Translations under genes and position numbers: made by a program
Assembly: GCA_964484505.1 (NCBI GenBank)
Contig: CAZAFB010000002.1
Location: 9,679 to 73,678 of the forward strand
Length of the DNA: 64,000 nt
Direction of reading: 5' to 3'
Source of the DNA: an uncultured Bdellovibrionales bacterium
GTDB lineage: Bacteria; Patescibacteriota; Minisyncoccia; Moranbacterales; GWC2-37-73
Notes under the pieces: generated by a model
What the model was told of the DNA's origin: nothing
Seen by the model: the letters and a program-made list of their open reading frames with translations, nothing else
Databases searched by the model: none
In this document: positions 27,397 to 39,707 of the stretch, one piece after another
Numbering within the stretch: the first letter of the stretch is position 1
Layout: each line of letters starts with the position of its first letter

Positions 27397-30300
27397 TTAT
27401 TTTATCTTTGCCCAACCGAATATCTCTTGAAAATTGTTTATGATCAATTGGACGATATTTTCTTTTTTCTTTGGAGTAAGCAAAGCAAATTCACCCGAAG
27501 TACTTTCGTTTCCGGATTGATCTTTCGATTTCACCTTGAAATAATAGACTGTTCCGGGCTTAAAAATAGTAACCACAACGATATGCGTCTGGGAGGAATT
27601 CCCTTCTGTCATTATTTCTTTTTCTTCCCCATTGCGCCTTTCCTTATATGAAAGAACTGTTGTCGCTGGTTCATTTGTCGTCCAAGAAATTATGGACTGC
27701 ACTTTGTCATTCTGAGTAAGCGCATTCTCTGTTTTTATTTTATCTATTTTCGGCGCCGTATCATCTTTTCCTGTAGAAAAAGTTACTACTTGGGATTTTG
27801 CCTCATTGCTCTGTTCATCGCGAGCGATTACGGACAAATTATAAGCTACTCCCGATTCCAAATTTTCCAATTCCACTTCGTGTGAAATGGCCAGATCAGG
27901 CTTACCTTGCGTTCCTGAATTGGCAGGATTGCCTTGATCAATATAGGAAACAAGGGCATCTGTGGGAACATTGGTGGAAAACTTAACCACAGCACCATTC
28001 TCCGTAACTGACTCGACAGCTATATTGGAAATTTGCGGAGGAGCTTTGGATTCGAAAGTATAATCAGATGAAGAATACAAAGTTCCTTTCTGATCTTTAC
28101 CTTTTACTCGAAAATGATACGTTTGCGCCGGTTGCAAACCGGAAACTACCAGCTCATGATTTTTAACATAAGAGCCACTTTCTTTTATTTCACCATATGA
28201 ATTAGAAAGTCCATATTCGATTATTGAAGTAGTGGCTTGGTTGGTGCTCCAGGTTATTGTAGCTTCGTTGATGGATGTGGGAACAGCCTTGATTGAAGAT
28301 AGTGATGAAGGAGATTTGGTCGCAAAAGTTGATTGCGCCGATTCGGTTATGTTGCCGGCAACATCATATGAAACAACCGAATAATAGTATTTAGTATAAG
28401 GTACTAGTCCGGAAATCACTACCGAGTGAGAAGTGGAAAAATTATCCACACTGGTATTTACCAAATTATCACCTTCCATGCGCATATTCTTAGAATCAAC
28501 GCCATATTTTACCAGGCTATTCGCCTCTTCGTCAGTGGTCCAAGAAATGGTTACGGAGTCACCCGTAGAAGCAGACGTCTTGATACTACTTATTTTGGGA
28601 GCAATATCATCATCTCCAGTGCCGCTTCCTCCGCCTGATCCTGCCTGCTGCTGCGAAGTAACAAAAGAATACTCATCGGAAGAAATCGTGGTACTGAGAT
28701 TATCCTGACAAGTTACTTTGTAATAATAAGTCGTTTCAAAAATGAGTCCTGCAAGATGAATTGAATGCGTCTTGTCATAAGTAGCTTCAGAAACTGGAAC
28801 CTCGGTGTAATTTCCTGATTGAGTTCCAAATTCGATTGTACACTCCGCTTCCTGATCAGTATCAAAAGAAACAACAGCTTTGGTATCCGTTATTACAGGA
28901 GTGGAGACATTATCGATAGAACCAAGCGGGTCATGTTGTTGTTCGGTTGGTTTTTCTGTGGTGAAATTTCCCGGTGACGATGTGCCTGCATTGCCATATG
29001 CATCAGTCGCAGTAATTGTAAATAAATAACTATCATCAGCATTAAGACCGGAAAGCAACACGAAATGATCCGTGGCGTAGTTTGTCATATTCACATTGTT
29101 TGTAAGAGGCATTTCTGTTCCATATAAAACCAAGCTCCTGGTTGCTTTGTCCGTATGCCATGAAATTAGCGCGCTATCAGAAGCAAGTTCCTCCACTGTT
29201 ATAGCGGAAATTACCGGATCGGAATCATCATGCCCGGTAGCGAAAGAATCATTGGTTGAATACCCTGTATTGCCACTACTATCTTGTGAAAATACTCTGA
29301 ATTGATATGTGTTATCAGCACCAAGATCATGAGGTAACTCAATCGAATGAGAAGTGGAAAGGTCACTGCTTCCATACACTCGACCATAAGCAACCGTTGG
29401 TCCGAATTCCACAAATGAAGAAGCGGCTTCATCGCTGTCCCAAGTTACCAACACTGTTTGCTGATCCGCTCCGGAAACAGCAGCTGCAACATTGGAAATC
29501 ACAGGTGCAACACTATCATCACCTCCCGACAACGTGCTGAAGTTGTTTTCTGCAGAGACGGCTTCATTTCCCATTGCATCTCGCGAATGTACCCGATAAT
29601 AATAAGTGGCGCTTGAGGAAAGTCCTGACAGCGTAACTGAATGCGAGGTAACCATGTCGTTTGTACCCAACAGCAATCCGGCAGGAAAACCTTGAGTTAA
29701 TGAATACTCCACAAAAGAATTGGAAGATTCATCGGTATCCCAAGTTATGGTAGCAGCGTCTTCGGTCGTTATGGCATTCAAGGAAGAAATGGCCGGAGGC
29801 GTAGAATCCAAGGGGTCCGTGATGAAAGGAGCCTGAGAATCATCAATTCCGACATTACCATATTGATCAGCTGATTTTACTTGGTAGTAATAGGTTTGTC
29901 CAGGCGTAAGTCCGGTAAGTGTAACGCTGTGTTCCGTACCCATAGTCGTAACTCCTATCTCGGAAGTAAAATCCCCCGAAACAGTTGAAAAACCGACAGT
30001 AGCATTAGCAAGAACATCGGTTTGCCAATTTAGTTGAGCCGTGGTTGTTGTCACGTTCGAAATCTGTATATTCGATATCACAGGAGGAATAGAACTAACT
30101 TCACCATTACCATCTGGTATATCACTGGTAATGTTGGAAAAGGCCGAAATACTGCCGTTCACATCTTCTGCTGTAATTTTGTAATAATATCTGGTTTCAG
30201 CAACAAGATCAGCATCCAGATAATAATTAGTCAATCTGTCTTCATTGGTTGCCACAGGAGTTGAGCCATAATTGATTCCATCACTGCTTCGCCAAATATT

Positions 30301-33300
30301 ATATTTGGCGAATCCGGCTCCGGATTGCCCTCCATCAATAACATCCCAAACAATAAGCTCGCGATATTTATCATTGTCAACATCCGAAGCGTCATAATAT
30401 ATAGTATTCAGAGGTTTTGCCGGCGTAGTTACGGAGATATCGGTATAATTTCCATAGGCATCGCCTATTCTCAAATATACCGTGGCGGGATCATCGGTAA
30501 GATTGCCATATACATACGAAGACTGAAATGCTTGGTATGAGGTATCGTTAAAATCAGCAAAGTTGGAAACCATCATTTGATAAGAAGAATCATCGATCGG
30601 AGTATCTAAAGACAAAAGATTTTGAGTATGATCTATGGAAAAGGCGACATTTGTCGGATTCTTGGTATCAATGATAAAAACATTCGAGGAGTTGTATCCC
30701 AAATTATTTGCACCCTCAGAGTCATTGGCTTTTACTCTGACCTTAAAATTAGAACCATTGAATTGCTGTGGATAATCAATTTTTGGATTCCATGTAAGCT
30801 GATAAGTGCTCCAATTAACTTCCTGAACCGCTATCCCGGCGCCCACATTTCCACCAACCGTAGCGGCATCAACCCATGTCTCGCTTCCAGCTGCGCTGCA
30901 ATTGGCGCTGCAATATTGCAGGGATATTTCAACATTGCCTGGAGTAGCGCCGGAAAGAGTGTCGGTATCGCGAGTTTCGTAATTTACAGTAACGATTCCA
31001 TTACTTCCTTGTGATGCTGAAACGTTACGCAATTCCGGTGGCGCATTAACCACATACTGCATGGTCACATCGGATAGATTTGGAGCGCTTAAGCCATCAG
31101 AAACAAGGAATGCTCTGTATTGAATCCATTGATCATCCAAGCCATCCCTCAGGACACTTGGCATTGATTCTCCGCCATTTTTATCAGTAAAATAGCTCGC
31201 ACCTGTTCCATCCGGACCCATCCAAGAAGTCCAGGTACCAGGAATACTTCCGTCATGCACCGCCGTACGTACTTGAAATCTCACATCAGTTCCAGACGGA
31301 ACAGTTTCATTCCATCTTATCTTCGAAAGTATGTTAGCACCATCAGATGTGTTATACATCGTGGAAGTAAGCGTCATGGGCGAAGGGTAATATTCGTAAG
31401 AAATTGTGGCTTGCTGGAATCTTGGTGTTGCCGTATCGTCAGTAGTCGTAAAATTAACCCTATATTGATAATAGCGATGCTGCCCCAAGCTGGATATATC
31501 TCCTCCTTGAGAAACATCGACTATCCAAGAAGTCCAAGTGCCATCGGGTGTGCCATTATCACCTGCACGTACATCCAGGGTAACCGTACTTCCTGCTGGC
31601 GCATCGTACAAATAAGCCATAGTAGTATAAGTTTTGATACTCCCGGTATCCACAACTACCGAAGAAAATGATCCCGCCGTATTGTAATGAGTTACGCCAA
31701 GCACCAAGGTTCCTGAAGCTGCACCCCATACTTTTAAAGGTAATGATTTATCATAATAATTATTCGTGCCAAGCTGTCCGTAGTTGTTCATGCCCCAATT
31801 CCAAACAGAATTTCCATCGGTTGACAAACTGGCAGTGGAACCATATCCGGCAGTAATTGCGCCTATGCTGGACAAATTACCCGTTCCCGCAGAATCAAGG
31901 GCTTGAACCGGATAGTTTTTATTTATTGAAGAGTTATCACCTAATTGTCCGTAGCCGTTCCAACCCCAAGCCCACACGGTGTTGTCAGTCTTCATTGCAA
32001 CCGTATGCGCATTGCCGCAAGCAACAGAAGAAACGTCGTTGAGAGTGCCACTGCCTCCCGCTCCAACAACCTGACTTGGCATATGAGCATCAACAATAGT
32101 TCCATTACCAATTTGTCCATTGCCATTCCAGCCCCAAGCCCAAACAGTTCCATTGTTCATAAGTGCAACCGAGTGCAAATAGCCCGCAGAAATTGATGAT
32201 ATGTTTTGCAAATATCCGCTACCCGTAGAATCGAATACTTGAATCGGGGCAGATTCATTTTGAGTGGTATTATTTCCCAGTTGACCGTTACTGTTATATC
32301 CCCAAGACCAAACAGTACCATCGTCTTTAAGCGCCAGAGAATGTTTTTCTCCTCCCGCAACCTTGGATACTCCAGACAAATAACCCAGTCCGCCTGGACC
32401 GACCACTTGTACTGGAATCATTTTCATATTGGTTGTATTATCCCCGAGCTGACCGTTTGAATTGTTTCCCCAAGTCCAAACTGTGCCATCGGTTTTCACC
32501 ACAAGCGTGAAGGTGTTTCCACAAGCAATAGATTCCACATCAGTAAGATAGCCTATGCCGTCTGAATCTGTAACCTGCGTCGGGGTGTATCTGTTCATTG
32601 TTGAATTATCGCCAAGTTGACCATAGCCGTTCCAACCCCAAGCCCAAACGGTGCCATCTGATTTTAAGGCAAATGAATGAGAATATCCCGCAGCAATCGC
32701 AACCACATCAGTAAGATTGCCACTTCCACCCGAACCCAGAACCTGGATCGGGGTTAACCTATTGGTTGTCGTGTTATCACCCAGTTGACCGTTTCCATTC
32801 CAGCCCCACGCCCAAACTGTTCCATCATTCTTCAAAGCAAGTGTGTGTGAATATCCGGAAGCTATTTTGGAAACATTAGAGAGAAATCCGCTGGCTGGAC
32901 CCCATGTTTGCAGAGGTAATCTTGATCCCGTAGTAGTGTTATTTCCAAGCTGTCCGCTGACATTATCGCCCCAAGTCCATAATGTTCCGTCATTTTGAAA
33001 AGCATATGAATTATCATGACCTCCTGTTATAAATTTAACATTGGCAAGATTTCCGGTTCCCAGATTGTCCATAACTTGACTGGGAAGATAACGATCAACG
33101 AGCGTATTATCAGCCAATTGTCCTGTTCCGTTATAACCCCAGGCCCAAGCATTTCCACTTGAATCTATCGCCAGTGAATGTTTAAATCCTCCATTGATAC
33201 TGATGATATTTGAAAGATTTGCCAAGCCGGAAGAATCCAAAACCTGAACTGGCAAATGTTTTTCTATTATGGTGTTGTCTCCGAGCTGGCCTCTATCATT

Positions 33301-34950
33301 CAATCCCCAAGCACGCACCGTTCCGTCAGTCATAACGCCAAGTGAATGATTTGAACCACTGGCAATTGCCGTTACCCCGCCAAGAAAATCATCACCGGCT
33401 TCATTTAATACTTGTACAGGCGTCGACTTGCTGATTATAGTATTATCACCCAGCTGTCCATTAGCGTTCAAACCCCAAGTCCAAACAGTGCTGTCGGATT
33501 TTAAAGCAATCGCGTGAGACCCTCCTGCCGAAATATTTTGGATACCACTAAGTGTTCCCGCGCCACCAGTTCCAAGGACTTGTACGGGAAGATGTTTGTC
33601 AACAACTGTTCCGTCGCCCAATTGACCGCTTGTGTTCAAACCCCAAGCCCAAACGGTGCCATCTGATTTTAAAGCAAGTGAAAATCTATCTCCCGCAGCT
33701 ATGGCTACAACATCCGTAAAATCGCCAGCACCATCAGAATCCACAACTTTTATGGGAGAATTTTTTTGAGCAACCGTATTATCTCCGAGTTGACCATGAT
33801 CATTATTTCCCCAAGCAAAAACCGTGCCGTCAGCTCTTAGCGCAAGCGAATGAGAACTTCCTGCGCTGACCGCTTCGATCTCCTCGAGATATCCAGCGCC
33901 GCCTTCACCCAAAACTTGCACCGGTGTATAGCGATTGGTAATTGTACTTTCACCAAGTTGCCCATTACCGTTCGCTCCCCATGCCCAGACAGAATCATCC
34001 GCCCTGATTGCCAACACATGGGTTTGACCGGCAGACAATGCCGCAACGCCGGCAAAACTCATTTTGACTCCAGCAGTAGCACCAGCACCAAAAACTTTAG
34101 TATTGGTATTTGTTCCGGAGTTGAAACCGCCTGAGTTATGGGTGTCTTCCTCGCCGGTACTTGATGTTTGCAGTGAAGACTCGGCGGTCCACGCAACCGA
34201 AACATCATTGCCGCCATTGATAATATCCGTATTCGCATCTTTTGCGAAATACTCATTCCAACTTGTCTGGTTAGCTGGATGCGCGGCATAATTGGCAGTC
34301 GCTCCGCCGGACCAGCTGGTTTGCTGCCAAGTATAAGTGGCTCCCTTGGTGTAACTATAATTATTCAAAAAAGCCGTAATGACTATAATAAATATAACCA
34401 AAAAGGAAACAGCTCTTTTGGCAAAAGTTTTTTGAGAAAAAGTTTTTATAAATTTCTTTTTTTCAATTAAACATGCTTGCTGGAATTTTTTTATGAAATT
34501 TTCAAAACTAAAATAACCATCTTTCAAAACCACACTGGCCATTTTTCTCAACAAAGAATCGTTTCTTACCATGCGTGTCGAAAGAGAGTTTCTTGAAATA
34601 GAAAATCGGCTCTTGCTTAGCTTTAATTTTCTTTTTCTTTTTTTCAAAATAAGTTTATCCGGCAAGCTGCGGAAATTTTCAAAAACTTTCCTTGCCTTAT
34701 TTGATGTAAATGCAACTAGCGACAAAATGTTGATGAAGATGTGCGAAACACAAAATGTTGGTTTTTGTCTTCTTGCAATATTATTTCTTTGCTCAATGCG
34801 TCTAAAGCCATCCATTGAACCACGGTGAAAACCGCCCTTCTTCAGAGAGGCATAAGAAATTACTTCACCTGCAATTTTTCTCGTCGATTTTTGTTTTATT
34901 TTTTTCATTCCGGCGCTGAACACCTTGTTTTGAGAGAGAAAAATTATCAT
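27397..34950 (-). CDS. 2517-aa surface protein with 14 RCC1/BLIP-II repeats (two 7-blade propellers) and ~9 FnIII/purple-acid-phosphatase-N-like domains
   Basis: Fourteen xGxxHSLALKxDGTVWAWGxNxxGQLG units; repeated PPVISNI...ATITWxTDExxxSxVEYG...HSVxLxGLxxxTxYYYxVxSxD units; TM near residue 180. Confidence 0.9.
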   Translation of the reverse strand: MIIFLSQNKVFSAGMKKIKQKSTRKIAGEVISYASLKKGGFHRGSMDGFRRIEQRNNIARRQKPTFCVSHIFINILSLVAFTSNKARKVFENFRSLPDKLILKKRKRKLKLSKSRFSISRNSLSTRMVRNDSLLRKMASVVLKDGYFSFENFIKKFQQACLIEKKKFIKTFSQKTFAKRAVSFLVIFIIVITAFLNNYSYTKGATYTWQQTSWSGGATANYAAHPANQTSWNEYFAKDANTDIINGGNDVSVAWTAESSLQTSSTGEEDTHNSGGFNSGTNTNTKVFGAGATAGVKMSFAGVAALSAGQTHVLAIRADDSVWAWGANGNGQLGESTITNRYTPVQVLGEGGAGYLEEIEAVSAGSSHSLALRADGTVFAWGNNDHGQLGDNTVAQKNSPIKVVDSDGAGDFTDVVAIAAGDRFSLALKSDGTVWAWGLNTSGQLGDGTVVDKHLPVQVLGTGGAGTLSGIQNISAGGSHAIALKSDSTVWTWGLNANGQLGDNTIISKSTPVQVLNEAGDDFLGGVTAIASGSNHSLGVMTDGTVRAWGLNDRGQLGDNTIIEKHLPVQVLDSSGLANLSNIISINGGFKHSLAIDSSGNAWAWGYNGTGQLADNTLVDRYLPSQVMDNLGTGNLANVKFITGGHDNSYAFQNDGTLWTWGDNVSGQLGNNTTTGSRLPLQTWGPASGFLSNVSKIASGYSHTLALKNDGTVWAWGWNGNGQLGDNTTTNRLTPIQVLGSGGSGNLTDVVAIAAGYSHSFALKSDGTVWAWGWNGYGQLGDNSTMNRYTPTQVTDSDGIGYLTDVESIACGNTFTLVVKTDGTVWTWGNNSNGQLGDNTTNMKMIPVQVVGPGGLGYLSGVSKVAGGEKHSLALKDDGTVWSWGYNSNGQLGNNTTQNESAPIQVFDSTGSGYLQNISSISAGYLHSVALMNNGTVWAWGWNGNGQIGNGTIVDAHMPSQVVGAGGSGTLNDVSSVACGNAHTVAMKTDNTVWAWGWNGYGQLGDNSSINKNYPVQALDSAGTGNLSSIGAITAGYGSTASLSTDGNSVWNWGMNNYGQLGTNNYYDKSLPLKVWGAASGTLVLGVTHYNTAGSFSSVVVDTGSIKTYTTMAYLYDAPAGSTVTLDVRAGDNGTPDGTWTSWIVDVSQGGDISSLGQHRYYQYRVNFTTTDDTATPRFQQATISYEYYPSPMTLTSTMYNTSDGANILSKIRWNETVPSGTDVRFQVRTAVHDGSIPGTWTSWMGPDGTGASYFTDKNGGESMPSVLRDGLDDQWIQYRAFLVSDGLSAPNLSDVTMQYVVNAPPELRNVSASQGSNGIVTVNYETRDTDTLSGATPGNVEISLQYCSANCSAAGSETWVDAATVGGNVGAGIAVQEVNWSTYQLTWNPKIDYPQQFNGSNFKVRVKANDSEGANNLGYNSSNVFIIDTKNPTNVAFSIDHTQNLLSLDTPIDDSSYQMMVSNFADFNDTSYQAFQSSYVYGNLTDDPATVYLRIGDAYGNYTDISVTTPAKPLNTIYYDASDVDNDKYRELIVWDVIDGGQSGAGFAKYNIWRSSDGINYGSTPVATNEDRLTNYYLDADLVAETRYYYKITAEDVNGSISAFSNITSDIPDGNGEVSSIPPVISNIQISNVTTTTAQLNWQTDVLANATVGFSTVSGDFTSEIGVTTMGTEHSVTLTGLTPGQTYYYQVKSADQYGNVGIDDSQAPFITDPLDSTPPAISSLNAITTEDAATITWDTDESSNSFVEYSLTQGFPAGLLLGTNDMVTSHSVTLSGLSSSATYYYRVHSRDAMGNEAVSAENNFSTLSGGDDSVAPVISNVAAAVSGADQQTVLVTWDSDEAASSFVEFGPTVAYGRVYGSSDLSTSHSIELPHDLGADNTYQFRVFSQDSSGNTGYSTNDSFATGHDDSDPVISAITVEELASDSALISWHTDKATRSLVLYGTEMPLTNNVNMTNYATDHFVLLSGLNADDSYLFTITATDAYGNAGTSSPGNFTTEKPTEQQHDPLGSIDNVSTPVITDTKAVVSFDTDQEAECTIEFGTQSGNYTEVPVSEATYDKTHSIHLAGLIFETTYYYKVTCQDNLSTTISSDEYSFVTSQQQAGSGGGSGTGDDDIAPKISSIKTSASTGDSVTISWTTDEEANSLVKYGVDSKNMRMEGDNLVNTSVDNFSTSHSVVISGLVPYTKYYYSVVSYDVAGNITESAQSTFATKSPSSLSSIKAVPTSINEATITWSTNQATTSIIEYGLSNSYGEIKESGSYVKNHELVVSGLQPAQTYHFRVKGKDQKGTLYSSSDYTFESKAPPQISNIAVESVTENGAVVKFSTNVPTDALVSYIDQGNPANSGTQGKPDLAISHEVELENLESGVAYNLSVIARDEQSNEAKSQVVTFSTGKDDTAPKIDKIKTENALTQNDKVQSIISWTTNEPATTVLSYKERRNGEEKEIMTEGNSSQTHIVVVTIFKPGTVYYFKVKSKDQSGNESTSGEFALLTPKKKENIVQLIINNFQEIFGWAKIK

Positions 34951-35110
34951 AAACTAAGACAGACAATTAGAACTGTCCCATAGTATAAATTATACTATCT
35001 CCTCACATTATTCGCAAAGTTTAACAAGCGCCCTGTTTTTGCTTTCCTTAGCGTTTTTCTAAACAAATACACCGCAATGATTTTGGCAAGAAATTTTATA
35101 TTTTTCTACA

Positions 35111-35141
35111 AAAAAATCCGGCTCTTTCAGCCGGATTTTTT
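35111..35141 (-). terminator. Intrinsic terminator after gyrB
   Basis: AAAAAATCCGGCT-ctttc-AGCCGGATTTTTT. Confidence 0.8.
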
Positions 35142-35169
35142 ATAAGTTTTGATTGTAAATCATCTTTTT

Positions 35170-37375
<2,206 letters not shown>

Positions 37376-37406
37376 TAAAATAATAACTTTACAAAACGCA
37401 CTTTTT

Positions 37407-37781
37407 TTATCTTCTTGTTAGGAAATAAAGTTCAACCAATAGCACCCCCGCCACAACCAGCAGTCCATCCCACCAAGTCAACACTCGATAACTCTGCAAT
37501 AACAAAATTATCGCTGCCAAAATAGCAAGCAAAATTCCTTGCCGGAAACCGGTACCCAAAACTACCGCCATGTTTTCCCGATCATGATCTAATTTCAAAC
37601 GTGACCAAGTGAGAAAAAGAATGAATATGCCACTTAGCGCCAGCATCAGACTGCCATAAAACAGTGCCTGCCCTGCCAAACCAGAGACTTCTGGATCGAC
37701 AAAAAACAGTACTGTGGCGAATGCGCCGACAGACAAAAGCGTCCCTATCCTGATCGCCCACAGGTACGTTTTGAGGGTCAT
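37407..37781 (-). CDS. Hypothetical 4-TM membrane protein
   Basis: Four hydrophobic helices; FRQGILLAILAAIILLLQ motif. Confidence 0.75.
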   Translation of the reverse strand: MTLKTYLWAIRIGTLLSVGAFATVLFFVDPEVSGLAGQALFYGSLMLALSGIFILFLTWSRLKLDHDRENMAVVLGTGFRQGILLAILAAIILLLQSYRVLTWWDGLLVVAGVLLVELYFLTRR

Positions 37782-37854
37782 GATTGGTTGTATTATTCGT
37801 TTTTGTTATTTATCCTTCTTTTGTCATTTTAACGCAAAACAAAGCTTCTGGCAA

Positions 37855-37879
37855 GCAAAAAACAGCATCTGAAATGCTG
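37855..37879 (-). terminator. Terminator, probably the original tRNA-cluster terminator displaced by the island
   Basis: Minus strand CAGCAT-ttcag-ATGCTG-TTTTTT, immediately outside the left att core. Confidence 0.65.
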
Positions 37880-38050
37880 CATTATTGCGGGGCATTGTGA
37901 ACGACATTAGGATTTTCTTTGAGACAGAGAACAACTTGAACTTTGCTCCCCTCAACAAAGACTAATTTTAAAAACATTCGGAAATACAAAACCCCTCGAT
38001 GGGGGGAGGGGGTCTAAAATATGGGACATAGCCAGAAATGCTTCTTAAAA

Positions 38051-38581
38051 TTACATTAAATCTTTCTCAAATAGGGGTAAAGCATTTAGATATGCTTCTC
38101 TATTTTCATAGAAAGCAGTAGAATTCATAGATTCAAATATTTCTTTCATTTTTTTATCTAAAATCAAATCTGAATTCTTACAATAAAACCATATTTTAAA
38201 CAACTTAATCAGTGGTAAGTTTTCCTGAGTTATACTTTGATATAATTCGCAACAATCATAAATTAAATACTCCGAAAGAACAGCGTCAAATTTTATAGTT
38301 TTATCCTGGTCTTCCCTGTTTGCGTGTTTGAAGAAATTTTTGGCATTATGAAAAACACCATAAATCTCCTTTTGCCTCTCCTTTTTTATATTATTTTTTA
38401 TCCAATCATTTATGGCTGATTCTTTATTCTGTTTTTTGGCAAGGTCATTCAGAATATTGTGCGATGCCCCTGCTAAGGTATGAATAGCCACCACATCTCC
38501 ATATCTAAAAAACAATCTTATTGCGATTTCGAGCTGTCTTTTAGCGGCGTCTATTTTTGAAATATAAATATGATTCGACAT
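38051..38581 (-). CDS. Hypothetical helical protein, possibly HEPN-like
   Basis: SKIDAAKRQLEIAIRLFF..D.VAIHTLAGASH...HNAKNFFKHA; AT-rich island codon usage. Confidence 0.65.
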   Translation of the reverse strand: MSNHIYISKIDAAKRQLEIAIRLFFRYGDVVAIHTLAGASHNILNDLAKKQNKESAINDWIKNNIKKERQKEIYGVFHNAKNFFKHANREDQDKTIKFDAVLSEYLIYDCCELYQSITQENLPLIKLFKIWFYCKNSDLILDKKMKEIFESMNSTAFYENREAYLNALPLFEKDLM

Positions 38582-38642
38582 AATTTTTTTAAAGCTATGA
38601 GCGGTGGAAATTCAAATAAGCACTAGCCAAAAATATCAATTG

Positions 38643-39029
38643 CGACTTTTGAGCCGTTTTTTTTATTGGATTTTCTTTGGGGATACCACTTGGTCAAAGA
38701 ACCATTTATGAGAATACAAACTATAACCCTATACTTGCGTGTGCTTGCATAAGGAAACAGATTTATTCTGCGAAACAAGGTTAGCCTTTAACTTGGTCGA
38801 TGGAATATTGGCACTGTGCGTTATACTCCGAGGTTGAGTTTTCCCCTTCCTATGGCAGGGTTATTCTTTTCAACGTCTTTTTGGGTCAGTGCGGTGAGGT
38901 TCGGCTTTCCAGCCGTCCTCGTTTAGTCGAGGGACTTTTTACAAGAAAGAACTAATTGCCCTCTAAATGGCTTTTGGTTCAGTTATACCCGCATCCTTTC
39001 GGATACTTGTTTCGGTTTCTTTGAAGTCG
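38643..39029 (-). ncRNA. Putative ~390-nt structured non-coding RNA of unknown class
   Basis: No ORF in the track; TATAAT at 39035-39040 just upstream of a 5' end that pairs with the 3' end; at least five long-range helices plus GAAA/GGAAA hairpins (see findings). Confidence 0.6.
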
Positions 39030-39078
39030 TTTTTATTATAGCGTGCTTTTATCTAAAGGTAAAAAATATTAGTTGAAA

Positions 39079-39684
39079 TCAAATATTGCCGTAAACCCTG
39101 AGTGCTAAAAATGAAATTCCAAGCAGGGCAATTATTATTTCAGCCACAAAAAGCCTGCTATTTATTTTAGAGTCTGGATTTATTTTTTGATTGTTAAAGT
39201 TTATTGCTTGTTGAATTGCTAACAATGGAAAAATTCTTAAAAATGTAATAAGAAAAACCAGATTATCAGCTCGATTGAAAAGAATAGCAAAAATGTAAAA
39301 AAGATATAGCCCCAATATTGAGAAGTTGGTTTTATATCCTAATTCTTTCGCTGATTTGATAATCCTACCAAACAGGCTATAGCAATAAAAAAGGTTAAAA
39401 ATCGGCAAGGCTCTTATTCCAGCAGACATACTAAAAAATGCTTTTTCTTTTTTTTCTTGAGCAAATATTTTCTGCCAATTTTTGTAAAACCAATAAAAAT
39501 CGTAAAGTCCGAGTGAAATAATAGACATTATGGCTAACTTTATTAGAGATACTGAAAAATATTCTATTGCTGTGGAATTTTTCTTTTCAAGTGATTCCTT
39601 TTCTTCCTTCTGCCATTCTCCACAAAAACGACATTTCGTGGCTTCTGATTGAATTTGTTCTCCGCAAAATTTACAGGTTTTCAT
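39079..39684 (-). CDS. Zinc-ribbon membrane protein
   Basis: MKTCKFCGEQIQSEATKCRFCGEW; SIISLGLYDFYWFYKNW motif; several TMs. Confidence 0.75.
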   Translation of the reverse strand: MKTCKFCGEQIQSEATKCRFCGEWQKEEKESLEKKNSTAIEYFSVSLIKLAIMSIISLGLYDFYWFYKNWQKIFAQEKKEKAFFSMSAGIRALPIFNLFYCYSLFGRIIKSAKELGYKTNFSILGLYLFYIFAILFNRADNLVFLITFLRIFPLLAIQQAINFNNQKINPDSKINSRLFVAEIIIALLGISFLALRVYGNI

Positions 39685-39707
39685 TTTTTTTATTAAAATT
39701 ATTTTAG

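Noticed and set aside
15116-28450. Replication origin suggested by DnaA boxes
   Set aside because: The boxes are single and far apart (the one at 28442 is inside a CDS), with no cluster and no dnaA/dnaN nearby.
38643-39029. RNase P RNA, tmRNA or group I intron identity for the structured region
   Set aside because: AAAGUCC and ACGGCUC resemble RNase P conserved regions but do not pair as P4 and lack GAGGAAAGUCC. No tRNA-like ends or tag ORF and no R/S intron elements were recognised.
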